Source: Terriglobia bacterium (GTDB taxonomy: Bacteria > Acidobacteriota > Terriglobia > 20CM-2-55-15). From it: a stretch of DNA of 64,000 nt. This document shows positions 1-10,058 of this stretch, one piece after another (within the stretch, counting starts at the first letter, position 1; every line of letters begins with the position of its first letter). The stretch spans positions 1,242,917-1,306,916 of the forward strand of contig OZ252023.1 of assembly GCA_965247425.1 (NCBI GenBank), in the 5' to 3' direction. Below the pieces are notes generated by a model. The model saw only the letters and a list, made by a program, of their open reading frames with translations. It was not told the DNA's origin and did not search any database. A program made the position numbers and the translations under genes.

Positions 1-1
1 G

Positions 2-1294
2 CAGCGGCACACCAGTCACCGGATCTACGAACGGATCCGGATGGAATTTCCGAAACATCCGATTGGGGAATCGACGGTTCGCCGGTATGTCGGGCGGCGG
101 AAGCGGGAGATGGGTTTCATCCGACAGGAGACGTTCGTGCCGCAAAGCTACGCCTGGGGTCAGGAAGCACAGATCGACTGGTACGAAGCCGTCGCGGAGT
201 TGGATGGCGAACGGCAGAAGCTCCAGGTTTTCTGTATGCGGAGCATGGGCAGTGGTGGCGCATTCCATCGAGCTTATCCTCGGGCGACAAAACAGGCATT
301 CCTGGAGGCTCATGAGTTGGGTTTCCGCTATTTTGCGGGGGTCTTCGGGGTGCTGCGTTATGACAACCTGACCAGCGCGGTGAAGAAGATTCTGCGGGGA
401 TACCGGCGTGTAGAGACCGAACGGTTCATCGCGTTTCGGTCGCATTGGAAGTTTCAAGCCGAGTTCTGCACACCCGGCGAGGGCCACGAGAAAGGCGGTG
501 TGGAAGGCGAAGCCGGATACTTCCGGCGCAATCACCTGGTACCGGTGCCGAAGGCGAAGGACCTGGCGGATCTGAATGCGCAGCTGCTGGCCGGTTGCCG
601 TGCCGATGAACGGCGCAAGATCGGCGATCGGGTCCAGACGGTGGGTGAAGGGATGCAGATCGAACAGCCCCATCTGCTCGCGTTATCGACCGAAGGGTTC
701 CCTCTGGCCGAGGACAGCTTTCCACGAGTCGATGGTAAGGGATGTGTACGGGTGCGTAACAACTTCTACTCCGCCCCCGTCAAGACCGGGACTGTGGTGC
801 GGGCGAGCGTTTTTCCGGCCTACGTGGAGGTCTGGCACGATGGCGGATGCGTGGCGCGGCATGAGCGAGGATATGGAAACGGCCAGCACTTCTTCAATCT
901 GGAACATTATCTGGAGGTGTTGGAGCGGAAGCCGGGCGCGCTGGCCGGGAGCAAGCCTCTGGAGCAATGGCGGCAACAGGGCCGATGGCCGAAAAGCTAT
1001 GACGAGTTCTGGCAGACGTTGATCGATCGCAACGGAAAACAGAATGGGACCCGCGCAATGGTGGAGTTGCTCCTACTGGGCCGGGAACATGGCTATAGCG
1101 AGCTGGATTCCGCATTCCAACAAGCCCTGCGCCTGGGATGCTCCGATGCCGCCGCGGCGCGCTACCTGATGACCGAGGCCCGATTCGACCGGCCGGCGGC
1201 GCCGCGACTGGAAGTGGCCGCACTACGCGCTTATGAGCGGCCCCTGCCGGAGGTGAATACTTACGATGCACTGCTCACTGCGGAGGTGGTCTAG
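2..1294 (+). CDS. istA: IS21-family transposase IstA, 5'-truncated by the window edge
   Basis: The reading frame is open from nt 2 with no upstream stop. The translation shows a DDE transposase core typical of IstA (QIDWYEA..., [11 protein letters not shown]). Its stop overlaps the start of the downstream istB, as in IS21. Confidence 0.85.
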   Translation, partial: QRHTSHRIYERIRMEFPKHPIGESTVRRYVGRRKREMGFIRQETFVPQSYAWGQEAQIDWYEAVAELDGERQKLQVFCMRSMGSGGAFHRAYPRATKQAFLEAHELGFRYFAGVFGVLRYDNLTSAVKKILRGYRRVETERFIAFRSHWKFQAEFCTPGEGHEKGGVEGEAGYFRRNHLVPVPKAKDLADLNAQLLAGCRADERRKIGDRVQTVGEGMQIEQPHLLALSTEGFPLAEDSFPRVDGKGCVRVRNNFYSAPVKTGTVVRASVFPAYVEVWHDGGCVARHERGYGNGQHFFNLEHYLEVLERKPGALAGSKPLEQWRQQGRWPKSYDEFWQTLIDRNGKQNGTRAMVELLLLGREHGYSELDSAFQQALRLGCSDAAAARYLMTEARFDRPAAPRLEVAALRAYERPLPEVNTYDALLTAEVV

Positions 1295-2106
1295 TGTCCG
1301 CCACAGCCGGCGGGGTCGAACAGGCGGCGATTCAGCAGTACTGTAAAGCTCTCCGGACGCCCACGATCGGAACGCAGTTTGCGGCCATGGCCGAGCAGGC
1401 CCAGCGGGAAGAGCACACCTACACACGGTATCTGGAAGCCTTGCTGGCGATGGAAGTTGAAGAACGCGAACGGAACACCGTGGCCCGGCGGATTCAAGCC
1501 GCACGTTTCCCTCGAATGAAGACACTCGAGGACTTTGACTTCTCGCGGTCGAAGGTTCCAGCCAACCGGATCCGTGGACTCGCAGACGGTGGCTATTTAG
1601 AACACGCCGAACCTGTCGTCCTGATCGGGGAGTGTGGAACGGGCAAGACGCACCTGGCCACAGGACTGTGCGTGGCCGCTTGTCGGCAGAAGAAGCGGGT
1701 TCGCTTTACGACGGCCGCCGGCTTGATCAACGAGTTGGTCGAGGCCCAACACAACGACCAGTTCCGCCGGGTTCTGGCCCGATGGTTCCGATACGAGTTG
1801 ATTGCCATCGACGAAGTCGGCTATGTCCCGATGGCAGACCTCGGCGCCGAACTCCTCTTTCAAGTCATCTCGGATCGAGCCGAGCGGGCGACGGTGATCT
1901 TGACAACGAATCTGCCGTTCTCGGAATGGACCCAGGTGTTTCCCAATGTTCGGCTGTGCAAGGCGTTGCTGGACCGGATAACCGATCGCGCTCACATCAT
2001 CGAGACCGGAACCGAATCCTTCCGGTTTCGGCGCACGTTGGAGAAACGACAGAAACCACGGCATCCGCCTGGAAAGGAGAAACCCGCGAAACAAACCACG
2101 TCCTGA
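1294..2106 (+). CDS. istB: IS21-family helper ATPase IstB
   Basis: GTG start overlapping the istA stop. Walker [12 protein letters not shown] and Walker B IAIDEVGY are present, and the protein matches the IstB/DnaC-like ATP-binding family throughout. Confidence 0.9.
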   Translation: MSATAGGVEQAAIQQYCKALRTPTIGTQFAAMAEQAQREEHTYTRYLEALLAMEVEERERNTVARRIQAARFPRMKTLEDFDFSRSKVPANRIRGLADGGYLEHAEPVVLIGECGTGKTHLATGLCVAACRQKKRVRFTTAAGLINELVEAQHNDQFRRVLARWFRYELIAIDEVGYVPMADLGAELLFQVISDRAERATVILTTNLPFSEWTQVFPNVRLCKALLDRITDRAHIIETGTESFRFRRTLEKRQKPRHPPGKEKPAKQTTS

Positions 2107-2629
2107 GGGTCGGATCGCCGCGCGGTCGTCGATCCTGGGCGATCCTGGAAACGGAGTTTTTTCCCGAAAGAAAGAAAAAGAACCAAAAAGAAAGAAACGG
2201 AGGCCTGTGGAAGATGACGCGCTGTGGAAATCCTAAAAACCAGGATTCCCACAGCGCTTGGAAAAGCCTCGCCAAGGGCGCTCGGCTTTCCCACATCTAC
2301 AACACAGGCCCGACGGTAATTATCACTACTCGGAATTATTAACAGGAGGGGGTGGGCCAAATCAGACGATCAAAAGTGGGCCAGACCGGGTGGACAAACC
2401 CAGCATACCTCCATCGAGCTTCTTCGTTTGCTTCGCCTCGCTCTGTCTGCCCCAACCCCAGCCGACTCCAGCTGAACTGACTCGTTTCCCTGGTCTCCAC
2501 GCGCCTGCCTGACCCCAATCACCGGGCTGGACCCGCTACGGATACCTGTCTCTCGAAAATACCCCTCACTTCAAATTCCTCTCCCTCCTCGACCTTTTCC
2601 CTTCCAGAGCCCCTTCCAGACACTCCGTC

Positions 2630-2675
2630 CTCCCTGACTTCCGAAATGGCTGCTCCCTGACTTCCGAAATGGCTG
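2630..2675. repeat. Perfect 23-bp tandem direct repeat, two copies (ctccctgacttccgaaatggctg), upstream of the TonB-dependent receptor gene
   Basis: Two identical adjacent 23-mers seen directly, followed by AGTATACT-type palindromes at nt 2690-2730. This could be an operator or regulatory region. Confidence 0.5.
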
Positions 2676-2855
2676 TGCGGCGGCCCCTGTGCTAGTATAT
2701 GCTGCTCGAGTAGTATACTCTGGCCGAGCGAGAAGGTAGTACTCCGGCCGAGACGTTGACAGTCCAACCAGTAAATAAACTGGGTTCACTGTGAGATGTG
2801 GGACACATATTGTGTGAGTTCCGTTTTGGTGAATTCCACATATAGAGGGGGCATC

Positions 2856-5800
2856 ATGGAGAGGTTAAAACTGCAGTTCGTCCGGGAATCGCTTTGGGCG
2901 ATGTCTCTGGTGATCTGCATCAGCATTATGTCGTTTGGCCAGGTGTCCGGAACGATATCCGGCACCGTCGCGGACGTGACCGGAGCCGTTCTGCCGGGAG
3001 TCGAAGTCACCGCCACCAATGCTGGCACGGGTCTCGCCCGTACGGTAATCACGAACGAGAATGGTGTCTATGTCATCCCGGTGTTGCCCGTCGGCGGATA
3101 CCGGGTAGCGGCGGGCCTGCCGGGGTTCCAAACCGGAGTCCGGGAAGGTCTCGAGCTGAACACGGACGATCGCATCGTGGTGAATTTCGCGCTCGAGGTC
3201 GGCTCGATAACTACGGAGATCCTCGTGACCGAAGCAGCGCCGCTGATCCAGTCGGAGACTTCCGAGATCGGCGCCGTCATCGAAAACCAGCGGATCATAG
3301 AGCTACCGTTGAACGGCCGTGAGTTCCAGCAACTGGCGCTGCTGGTACCGGGCACCTTCACGCCGCCCGCAGGGTCCTCGAACGGCTTCCGCGGAGGGAT
3401 CTCGATTGCCGGTTCGCGGGAGAGGGACACGGGTTACTTCATCGACGGAATCAACATGGTGGATACGATCACCAGCTCGGTGATCTTCAGGCCGTCCGTC
3501 GACATGATCCAGGAATTCAAGGTCCACACGAGCCGGTATTCGGCCGAGGTCGGGCGCAACGCGGGTGGGCACATCACCGTGACGACGAAGTCCGGAACCA
3601 ACCAGGTTCATGGCGCTATTTTCGAGTTCGTCCGCAATGACATGTTCGACGCCAAGAACTTCTTCGATCCGCACGATGAGCCGATTCCCCCATTCACGCG
3701 GAACCAGTTTGGCGGGACGGTCGGTGGGCCCCTCATACAGGACAAGACATTCTTCCTCTTCAACGTCGAGGTGCTCCGCCTGAACCAGGCGATCACGAGG
3801 ACCGCAAGGGTACCGACTGTGGCCCTGAAGCGAGGAGATTTCTCCGGGCTGAGTAAACCGGTAATCGACCCGTTCACCGGTCAGCAGTTTCCGGGCAACA
3901 TCATCCCTGCAGATCGGATTTCCGCGATCGGTCAGAAAGCCGTCAACTGGTATCAGGACCCGAATCTCTCCGGCGCGCGGAACTTCGTGTCGACGCCGAG
4001 CGACACAAGGGATATCGATCAGTACACGATCCGAATCGATCATCGCTTCTCCGACAGCAACAACTTCTTCGGCCGGTTCTCCCGGAACGTCGACCTGGAA
4101 CTGGATCCGTTCGATCAATACAGCGGCATCACGAACTTGCCGCAGTTCGGGCGGTTGGACGATCAAACCGCCATCAGTATTTCACTGGTGGACAACCATG
4201 TATTCAATCCGAACCTGGTTGGGGAATTCCGCCTCGGTTACAACCGTTTCCACCAGTTCCGGTCGGTATACCCGGAGGAACAGCGAAACCAGACGTTGGA
4301 GCTCGGCATCACCGGAACGACCACGAACCCGGTCAATTTCGGTTTCCCGACCTTCAGCGTGAATGGGTTCGATACTCTCGGCAAGAACGGCAATCCGAGC
4401 GATCGGGATGACAATCACTACCAGGCGGTCGGCAACCTGACGTGGACGCGGGGCAACCACACCTTCAAGTTCGGCACCGATATATCCTGGCAGCTGAGCG
4501 ACCGGATCAACAACAGCAACAGCCGCGGCGTCTTTAGGTTTGACGGGCGATACACCGGGCACCCGCTGGCGGACCTGCTGATGGGATTCCCCCGCCAGAC
4601 CTCGAGAAGACTCGGGGAAAGCAAGGCGTATCCGTCCACCTGGGTCTTCGGCCACTTTCTGCAGGATGACTGGAAAATCACGCCCAATCTCACCCTGAAT
4701 CTCGGCGTCCGCTACGATTGGCAGACGAACCTCGTCAGCGAAAACAACCGGTTTAGCCGTTTCAATGTGGCAACCGGCAACATCGAGATCGTCGGGAAAG
4801 CGACCGATCTCCGGGATATTTCGCGGCCCGATAACCCCCTTTCCACTAACTTCAGCCCGGCAATACAGGCTCTGGCCGGGACCGTGACCTTTGCCGATCT
4901 CGGAAGGCGGCACATGACCACGCACGACCGCAACGACATCGCGCCTCGGATCGGTCTGGCCTACAGCATGTTCAATGATCGTGTGGTGCTCCGTACCGGA
5001 TACGGTGTCTATTTCAACGAGTACGAGCTGGGCGCCTGGAGCCGGATCGGCAACGACACGTATCCTTTCAAGGTCGACCAGTCCTTCAATGGCCACGCGA
5101 CAGTTCCGAATATCACGCTCGACGATGCCTTCCCGGACTCCATATCCAGGGCCACGATCTCCCCGAAGAGCATCCAGGACGCTCTTCCGACGATGTATGT
5201 CCAGCAGTACAACTTCGGATTGCAGATCCAGGCCATGTCGGACCTCATGATCGATGTCGGCTACGTCGGGAGCAAGACCACCAATTTGCCGGAAACGCGA
5301 AATCTGAACCAGGCGCGTCCGTGCGACCCCGCGGATTCGAACTGCGGTTCCGTCGCTTCGAGACGCCCCTTCCTGGGCTTTGGCAACATCAATCATTACG
5401 AAGGCACCGGCCTTGCGAATTTCAATTCGCTCCAGATGCGAGTCGAGAAACGCTACGTCGAGGGCCTGACATTGATGGGTGCCTACACCTGGTCCAAGTC
5501 CATCGACCTCAGCTCGGCCGGCGCTTCCGGAGGTCGGATCAGCATACAGGACCATTACAACATCCGGGAGGGTATGCGCGGCCCGTCGGGCTTTGATGCG
5601 CGTCAACGCCTCGTCATTAGCTACGTCTGGCATTTACCGTTCGGGTCGGGTGAACGCTTCCTGGGGAACGTCAATGGAGCTGCCAAATACGTCGTGAGCG
5701 GCTGGGAGATCTCCGGCATCCAGACATTCCAGAGCGGCCGCCCCTTCACCGTCCGGATACCCGGCGACAACAGCTATACCGGCGCCCGAAGGACGGATCG

Positions 5801-6140
5801 CCCCAATCAGATCAGCGATGCGCATCTGCCGAAAAGTCAGCAGACGATCGATCGATGGTTCGACACAGACGCCTACACCCTTCCGCCGCGCGGGACTTTC
5901 GGGAACGCCGGCCGGAACAACATCGAGGGACCCGGTCTGAACAACCTCGATTTCTCGATCATCAAGAACAACCGGTTTGGCGAATCGTACAACGTCCAGT
6001 TCCGTACGGAGTTCTTCAACACGTTCAACCACCCGAACTTCGATTTTCCGAATCGTGACTTCGGCACCAGCAACTTCGGTAAGATCTTTACGGCTCAGTT
6101 CTCGAGGCAGATTCAATTCGGGTTGAAGTTTATCTTTTAG
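2856..6140 (+). CDS. TonB-dependent receptor / outer-membrane protein with an N-terminal carboxypeptidase-regulatory-like domain (Acidobacteria type)
   Basis: ATG at 2856 with SD agaggggg. Signal peptide MSFGQVSG followed by GTISGTVADVTGAVLPGVEVTA. Beta-barrel-like Y/F-rich repeats and a C-terminus ending QFGLKFIF with terminal Phe. 1095 aa. Confidence 0.8.
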   Translation: MERLKLQFVRESLWAMSLVICISIMSFGQVSGTISGTVADVTGAVLPGVEVTATNAGTGLARTVITNENGVYVIPVLPVGGYRVAAGLPGFQTGVREGLELNTDDRIVVNFALEVGSITTEILVTEAAPLIQSETSEIGAVIENQRIIELPLNGREFQQLALLVPGTFTPPAGSSNGFRGGISIAGSRERDTGYFIDGINMVDTITSSVIFRPSVDMIQEFKVHTSRYSAEVGRNAGGHITVTTKSGTNQVHGAIFEFVRNDMFDAKNFFDPHDEPIPPFTRNQFGGTVGGPLIQDKTFFLFNVEVLRLNQAITRTARVPTVALKRGDFSGLSKPVIDPFTGQQFPGNIIPADRISAIGQKAVNWYQDPNLSGARNFVSTPSDTRDIDQYTIRIDHRFSDSNNFFGRFSRNVDLELDPFDQYSGITNLPQFGRLDDQTAISISLVDNHVFNPNLVGEFRLGYNRFHQFRSVYPEEQRNQTLELGITGTTTNPVNFGFPTFSVNGFDTLGKNGNPSDRDDNHYQAVGNLTWTRGNHTFKFGTDISWQLSDRINNSNSRGVFRFDGRYTGHPLADLLMGFPRQTSRRLGESKAYPSTWVFGHFLQDDWKITPNLTLNLGVRYDWQTNLVSENNRFSRFNVATGNIEIVGKATDLRDISRPDNPLSTNFSPAIQALAGTVTFADLGRRHMTTHDRNDIAPRIGLAYSMFNDRVVLRTGYGVYFNEYELGAWSRIGNDTYPFKVDQSFNGHATVPNITLDDAFPDSISRATISPKSIQDALPTMYVQQYNFGLQIQAMSDLMIDVGYVGSKTTNLPETRNLNQARPCDPADSNCGSVASRRPFLGFGNINHYEGTGLANFNSLQMRVEKRYVEGLTLMGAYTWSKSIDLSSAGASGGRISIQDHYNIREGMRGPSGFDARQRLVISYVWHLPFGSGERFLGNVNGAAKYVVSGWEISGIQTFQSGRPFTVRIPGDNSYTGARRTDRPNQISDAHLPKSQQTIDRWFDTDAYTLPPRGTFGNAGRNNIEGPGLNNLDFSIIKNNRFGESYNVQFRTEFFNTFNHPNFDFPNRDFGTSNFGKIFTAQFSRQIQFGLKFIF

Positions 6141-6149
6141 CTCGACGGG

Positions 6150-6185
6150 CCATCGGACGACGGGCGCCAGCCCGTCGTCCGATGG
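6150..6185 (+). terminator. Perfect 16-bp stem / 4-nt loop hairpin immediately after the TonB-dependent receptor stop
   Basis: ccatcggacgacgggc gcca gcccgtcgtccgatgg. There is no strong U-tract (ttgcagaaactctttt follows). Confidence 0.55.
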
Positions 6186-6289
6186 TTGCAGAAACTCTTT
6201 TGTAGGTCATTCCCATCCCTGCACTGCGGACCCCTCGTGTTTTACCGATCGGCCCGAGTCATGGCCGCCATGGAAGCAGCGGACTCCGA

Positions 6290-6690
6290 GGGCTGCGAAA
6301 CCGAACCACTCCAGAACGCCGCCTGCGACGGCAAGACTCTGCGACGAAGTATTTCGGAGGGCACAGCGACGTAGCCGGCGGTTGCCTGGTCTTTGCCAGA
6401 CGGGATGCGCTATTCGCACGTACCGAACGAGCGCGGCACATCCTTGGAGCGTCGCTTGCCCCCTTCAACTCGCGGCTGATCCCTCGTGGCCTTCGTACGC
6501 TTGCCTGCCGGATCGAGGCTCAGAGCGCCAACGCGCTCGCCGTGGCTCGAATGTTGGAAGGGCATCCGAACGTCCCTGCGGTCCACTAGCCGGGTCTCGA
6601 ATCCCATCCCGGTCACGAGATCGCGAAGGATCAAATGTCGTCGTTTGGCGCCATGCTGTCGTTCCGGGTCCGGGAGGGAAGGGAAGCGGC
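6290..6690 (+). pseudogene. Diverged 3' fragment (about 85-87% nt identity) of the PLP trans-sulfuration gene that is intact at 10059-11183
   Basis: Direct nucleotide alignment of nt 6300-6690 with nt 10620-10990. An internal stop is present (cactagccgg here versus cactatccgg in the intact gene). The fragment ends ...MSSFGAMLSFRVREGREAAL. Confidence 0.8.
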
Positions 6691-7110
6691 GCTGGGTTGG
6701 AGTTCAGGAACGGCCAGGATAGAGGCGGTTCTTCCCAGGAAGAATGCGTTTTCCAGGCAGGCGGCCGGAGGACGGGCCGACGAACAAGTTCTGGCGGCGA
6801 ACCTCGACATCGTCTTTCTGGTGACCTGTCTCGATGGTGATTACAACCCCCGGCGGATCGAACGATACGTCAACCTTGAATGGGAGAGTGGAGCGACACC
6901 GGTTCTGATCTTGAACAAAGCCGACCTGTCGGTCGACGTGGAGGCCGTCGTCCGTGAAGTGGAGCAGGTGACGTCTGGAGCCGCGATCCATGCCCTCAGC
7001 GCGAAAGAAGAGATCGGTCTCGACGTTTTCGAGGCCTACCTGACCCGGGGTCGCACGGCCGCTCTGCTGGGTTCATCGGGCGTGGGAAAGTCGACCATTG
7101 TCAATATTCT
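6690..7110 (+). pseudogene. Diverged internal fragment of rsgA (intact copy at 11444-12520), fused in-frame to the preceding PLP-gene fragment
   Basis: nt 6700-7110 align with nt 11690-12100 (IEAVLPRK...LLGSSGVGKSTIVN). The junction lies at a ctggg microhomology. Confidence 0.8.
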
Positions 7111-7334
7111 ACCTGTGGAACAACACGCCCGACGGGAGTGGTCGCGGAGCTGCAAGGGACACCGTCAGCCGGAATATCGGCTGGCAGGCGCGATTCCGCT
7201 GGATCCTGAAACCCGGGAACGACATCTTTGTGGTGCTGAATCAGAATTGGGTCGACAACCCTCTGCTGCCCGACAGAATCCAGGCACTGAACCGTCAGCT
7301 TTCGAGCAAGCTGGTGTTCACACGTCGGTTCTAG
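7098..7334 (+). pseudogene. C-terminal fragment of the DUF5916-like gene (intact copy at 7548-9773), internally deleted
   Basis: FYLWNNTPDGSGRGAAR joins directly to DTVSRNIGWQARFRWILKPGNDIF...KLVFTRRF. These match aa around nt 8910 and the last 60 aa of the intact gene. Confidence 0.75.
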
Positions 7335-7547
7335 TCGCGATTTGAAACGCTGTTGCCAAAAGCGTACAGTGGGTCGCGTGGCCGTGACGTCGTCGTAAGT
7401 TGCCAGATGCCTGGCCATTCAGGGGATTCCCTCTGATCAGCGGCTCGAGATCGTGCGGTTGTTCGGATGGGTCAGCGAACCGAGGAGTTTGGTTTCCCGT
7501 TGTCTTACCAGAGAATCACTTCCCAACGAAGCGGTGTTCCTTTGTGC

Positions 7548-9773
7548 GGCATGGTGGAGAGCTTCGGCCACACCGGCGTGTCGGCTGCCATCGTGCTTCT
7601 TTGTTCCTTCGCCTTGTCCGGGAATGGGGGCGCCCAGGCCCACCTGCCCCCCGAATACGAAGATCGCCGAATCGTTGAAGCGATCCTGCTGGGTGAGAAT
7701 GAATCCATCGACCTGGACGGTTTGCTGGACGAGGCCGTGTGGGATCGGGCAATTCCTGCTGTCGGTTTCATGCAGCAGGATCCCGACAACGGCAGCCCGG
7801 CCACGGAACCGACCGAGGTGCGCGTCGTGTATGGCGGAACGAGCTTGTATCTGGGGATCCTCTGTCTAGACTCGGATCCGGCGGCGCTGCTGGGCAACCA
7901 GATGCAACGGGACCAGCCGTTGGAGGCCGACGATCGCTTTATGTGGGCGATGGATCCGTTCCTCGACGAACGAAGTGGATATTTCTTCGAGATCAATCCG
8001 TCGGGGGCGATGGGAGACGGTTTGATCAATGTGTCCCCCGGGGGCGGCTTCCGAGCCAACAAAGCTTGGGACGGGATCTGGACCGCCAGGGTCCGACGGA
8101 CGGACATCGGGTGGCAGGCCGAGATCGAGATTCCGTTCGCTACGCTGAATTTCGATCCGAACGTCTCAGCCTGGGGCGTGAACTTCCAACGGACCGTCCG
8201 ACGGAAGAACGAAGAAAGCCGCTGGAACGGGTACTCGCGGAACCAGGGATTGATGCAGATGAGCGCAGCGGGTCTCGTGGTCGGACTCGAGGAACTCGAC
8301 CAAGGCCTGGGTCTCGAGCTGAAGCCCTACCTGACGGGCAGCATCACCGACGGGCCGGTCTCGGGCGCCGCCCCGGTTTACCGGGGTGACGCGGGTTTCG
8401 ATCTCTCTTACAGCGTGACGCCTGAACTTCGAGCCAAGTTCACGTTGAACACGGATTTCGCCGAAATCGAAGTTGACGATCGCCGGATCAACCTCACGCG
8501 TTTCCCGCTCCGGTTCCCCGAGAAACGTGATTTTTTCCTGGATGGGTCCAACTTTTTCGATCTTTCGACGGCTGGCGTTACGCCGTTCTTCAGCCGCCGA
8601 ATCGGTCTCGACGCGGACGGTAACCCGCAACGAATTGTGTATGGAGTGAAGCTCACGGGCAAGGTCGGCGCCCAGGACATCGGTGTGTTGCAAGTACGAA
8701 CGGCCGATTCCGGCAACAATTCGGGAGAAGACTTTTCAATCGTTCGCCTGAAACGCCCCTTCTGGGCAGAGTCTCATGTCGCGATGATCTATACGCGACG
8801 ATCTCGGCTGGTGACGGGCGCGGCTGTTCTCCAGACGGCGGGTGCGGAAATTCAACTCTCGACCAGCCGCTTCGCTGGGGACCGCAACCTGTCTCTTACC
8901 GGATTCTACTTCTGGAACACCACGCCCGAGGGAGGCGGCAACGGAGCTGCCCGCGGCTTCCGCCTCCACTACCCGAACGACACCTGGCAGCTGAACCTCT
9001 CAGTCCGCGAGCTGCAAGACAATTTCGATCCTGCAGTGGGATTCACGCCGCGTCGCGGTTTCCGGCGTGCGAACCCGGAGGCGTTCTTCGCGCCTCGGCC
9101 GTCCGACCATCCCTGGATCCGACGATTCAGGTTTGGATCCGACGCACAGTTTTTGATGGACACCAAAAACCGTCTGGTTACACGCATCTTTGACGTGACG
9201 GTATTCGAGATGGAGTTGCATTCACAAGACACTTTTCTCTTCAAGGCTGTCCCCAGCTTTGAACGGCTTGAAAGGGATTTCGAAATCAGCCCGGGTGTGG
9301 TTTTGTTTGAAGGCGCCCAGTACAACTTCACCAGATACAGCGTGGAGATCGACAGCGCCGATCGTCGAAAAGTGGCAGCCTCCGCCGTACTGGAATGGGG
9401 CAACTTCTTCTCCGGAACGCGCCGTGAGTTTTCTCTGGACCTCAGGATCCGACCCCGTCCCGGCCTCTTTGCCAGCGTCGGCGGGGAATTCAATCGGGTA
9501 GAACTGCCCGAAGGAAATTTCTCGACAAGCCTTGTTCGATCCGAGCTCAACACGCAGTTCGGACCGTGGGTCTCGCTTGCTAACCGATTGCAGTACGACA
9601 CGGTCAGCCGGAACATCGGCTGGCAGGCTCGATTCCGGTGGATTCTGAAACCCGGGAACGACATCTTTCTCGTCCTGAATCAGAATTGGGTCGACAATCC
9701 TCTCCTGCCGGACAGAATCCAGACCTTGAACCGTCAGCTTTCCAGCAAGCTGGTGTTCACACGTCGGTTCTAG
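7548..9773 (+). CDS. Secreted DUF5916 / CBM9-like-domain protein (predicted outer-membrane or hydrolase-associated family)
   Basis: Signal peptide MVESFGHTGVSAAIVLLCSFALSG. CBM9-like N-terminal block (DGLLDEAVWDRAIPAVGFMQQDPDNGSP...). Beta-rich C-terminal region. The longer ORF from nt 7467 is an alternative start. Confidence 0.5.
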   Translation, partial: GMVESFGHTGVSAAIVLLCSFALSGNGGAQAHLPPEYEDRRIVEAILLGENESIDLDGLLDEAVWDRAIPAVGFMQQDPDNGSPATEPTEVRVVYGGTSLYLGILCLDSDPAALLGNQMQRDQPLEADDRFMWAMDPFLDERSGYFFEINPSGAMGDGLINVSPGGGFRANKAWDGIWTARVRRTDIGWQAEIEIPFATLNFDPNVSAWGVNFQRTVRRKNEESRWNGYSRNQGLMQMSAAGLVVGLEELDQGLGLELKPYLTGSITDGPVSGAAPVYRGDAGFDLSYSVTPELRAKFTLNTDFAEIEVDDRRINLTRFPLRFPEKRDFFLDGSNFFDLSTAGVTPFFSRRIGLDADGNPQRIVYGVKLTGKVGAQDIGVLQVRTADSGNNSGEDFSIVRLKRPFWAESHVAMIYTRRSRLVTGAAVLQTAGAEIQLSTSRFAGDRNLSLTGFYFWNTTPEGGGNGAARGFRLHYPNDTWQLNLSVRELQDNFDPAVGFTPRRGFRRANPEAFFAPRPSDHPWIRRFRFGSDAQFLMDTKNRLVTRIFDVTVFEMELHSQDTFLFKAVPSFERLERDFEISPGVVLFEGAQYNFTRYSVEIDSADRRKVAASAVLEWGNFFSGTRREFSLDLRIRPRPGLFASVGGEFNRVELPEGNFSTSLVRSELNTQFGPWVSLANRLQYDTVSRNIGWQARFRWILKPGNDIFLVLNQNWVDNPLLPDRIQTLNRQLSSKLVFTRRF

Positions 9774-10042
9774 TGGTCCGCGCCAGATATAGCGGTACTA
9801 GATTTCGGAGTGCAACGGTACCGGATTTGGGGGAGCGACGATGAGCCAATGCTTCGACATTGTGAGGAGGAGCGACGCCAAAGACGGTGCCGTTCCGCCC
9901 GAACCCGTAGGGCCGATGGAGGTTGCCATTCACGAACGCTAAACCGTCGAAAGCTCACACTCACCACACGATGGATCTCACGCATCGGTCCGCTCGCAAC
10001 CTCCTTCGGAGATAGTATCGCTATATCTGGCGCGGACCACTA
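9772..10042. repeat. 271-bp element bounded by perfect 24-bp terminal inverted repeats (tagtggtccgcgccagatatagcg / cgctatatctggcgcggaccacta); MITE-like
   Basis: Inverted repeats at 9772-9795 and 10019-10042 seen directly. The element fills the intergenic gap between the DUF5916 gene stop and the PLP gene. Confidence 0.7.
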
Positions 10043-10058
10043 GAGTAAGCTAGCCGAG

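Larger units (their letters stand above)
1..2400 (+). mobile_element. IS21-family insertion sequence; left end outside the window, right end approximate
   Basis: istA and istB are adjacent. Downstream of istB (nt 2190-2300) there are repeated and inverted copies of gcgctgtggaaatcc / ggattcccacagcgc, resembling the multiple terminal IstA-binding repeats of IS21. The exact terminus was not determined. Confidence 0.6.

Noticed and set aside
2519-2795. Cobalamin riboswitch upstream of the TonB-dependent receptor
   Set aside because: No B12-box-like sequence was seen.
3303-5633. Long antisense ORFs inside the TonB-dependent receptor gene (for example 4182-5633 minus, 483 aa; 3303-4166 minus)
   Set aside because: Arg/Pro/Ala-rich translations typical of high-GC antisense frames, with no motifs, and fully embedded in a well-supported sense gene. 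The same reasoning applies to other antisense ORFs in the track such as 20218-20526, 21459-22220, 23508-24191 and 47248-48201.
6290-7334. Mosaic region as a trivial assembly duplicate
   Set aside because: Identity to the intact copies is about 85%, with many substitutions spread along the fragments, not the near-100% expected from a collapsed or duplicated assembly error. Read-level verification is still advised.
9796-10018. SAM riboswitch upstream of the met-pathway PLP gene
   Set aside because: I could not recognise the SAM-I, II or IV consensus blocks. The region is bounded by perfect 24-bp inverted repeats, more consistent with a MITE.
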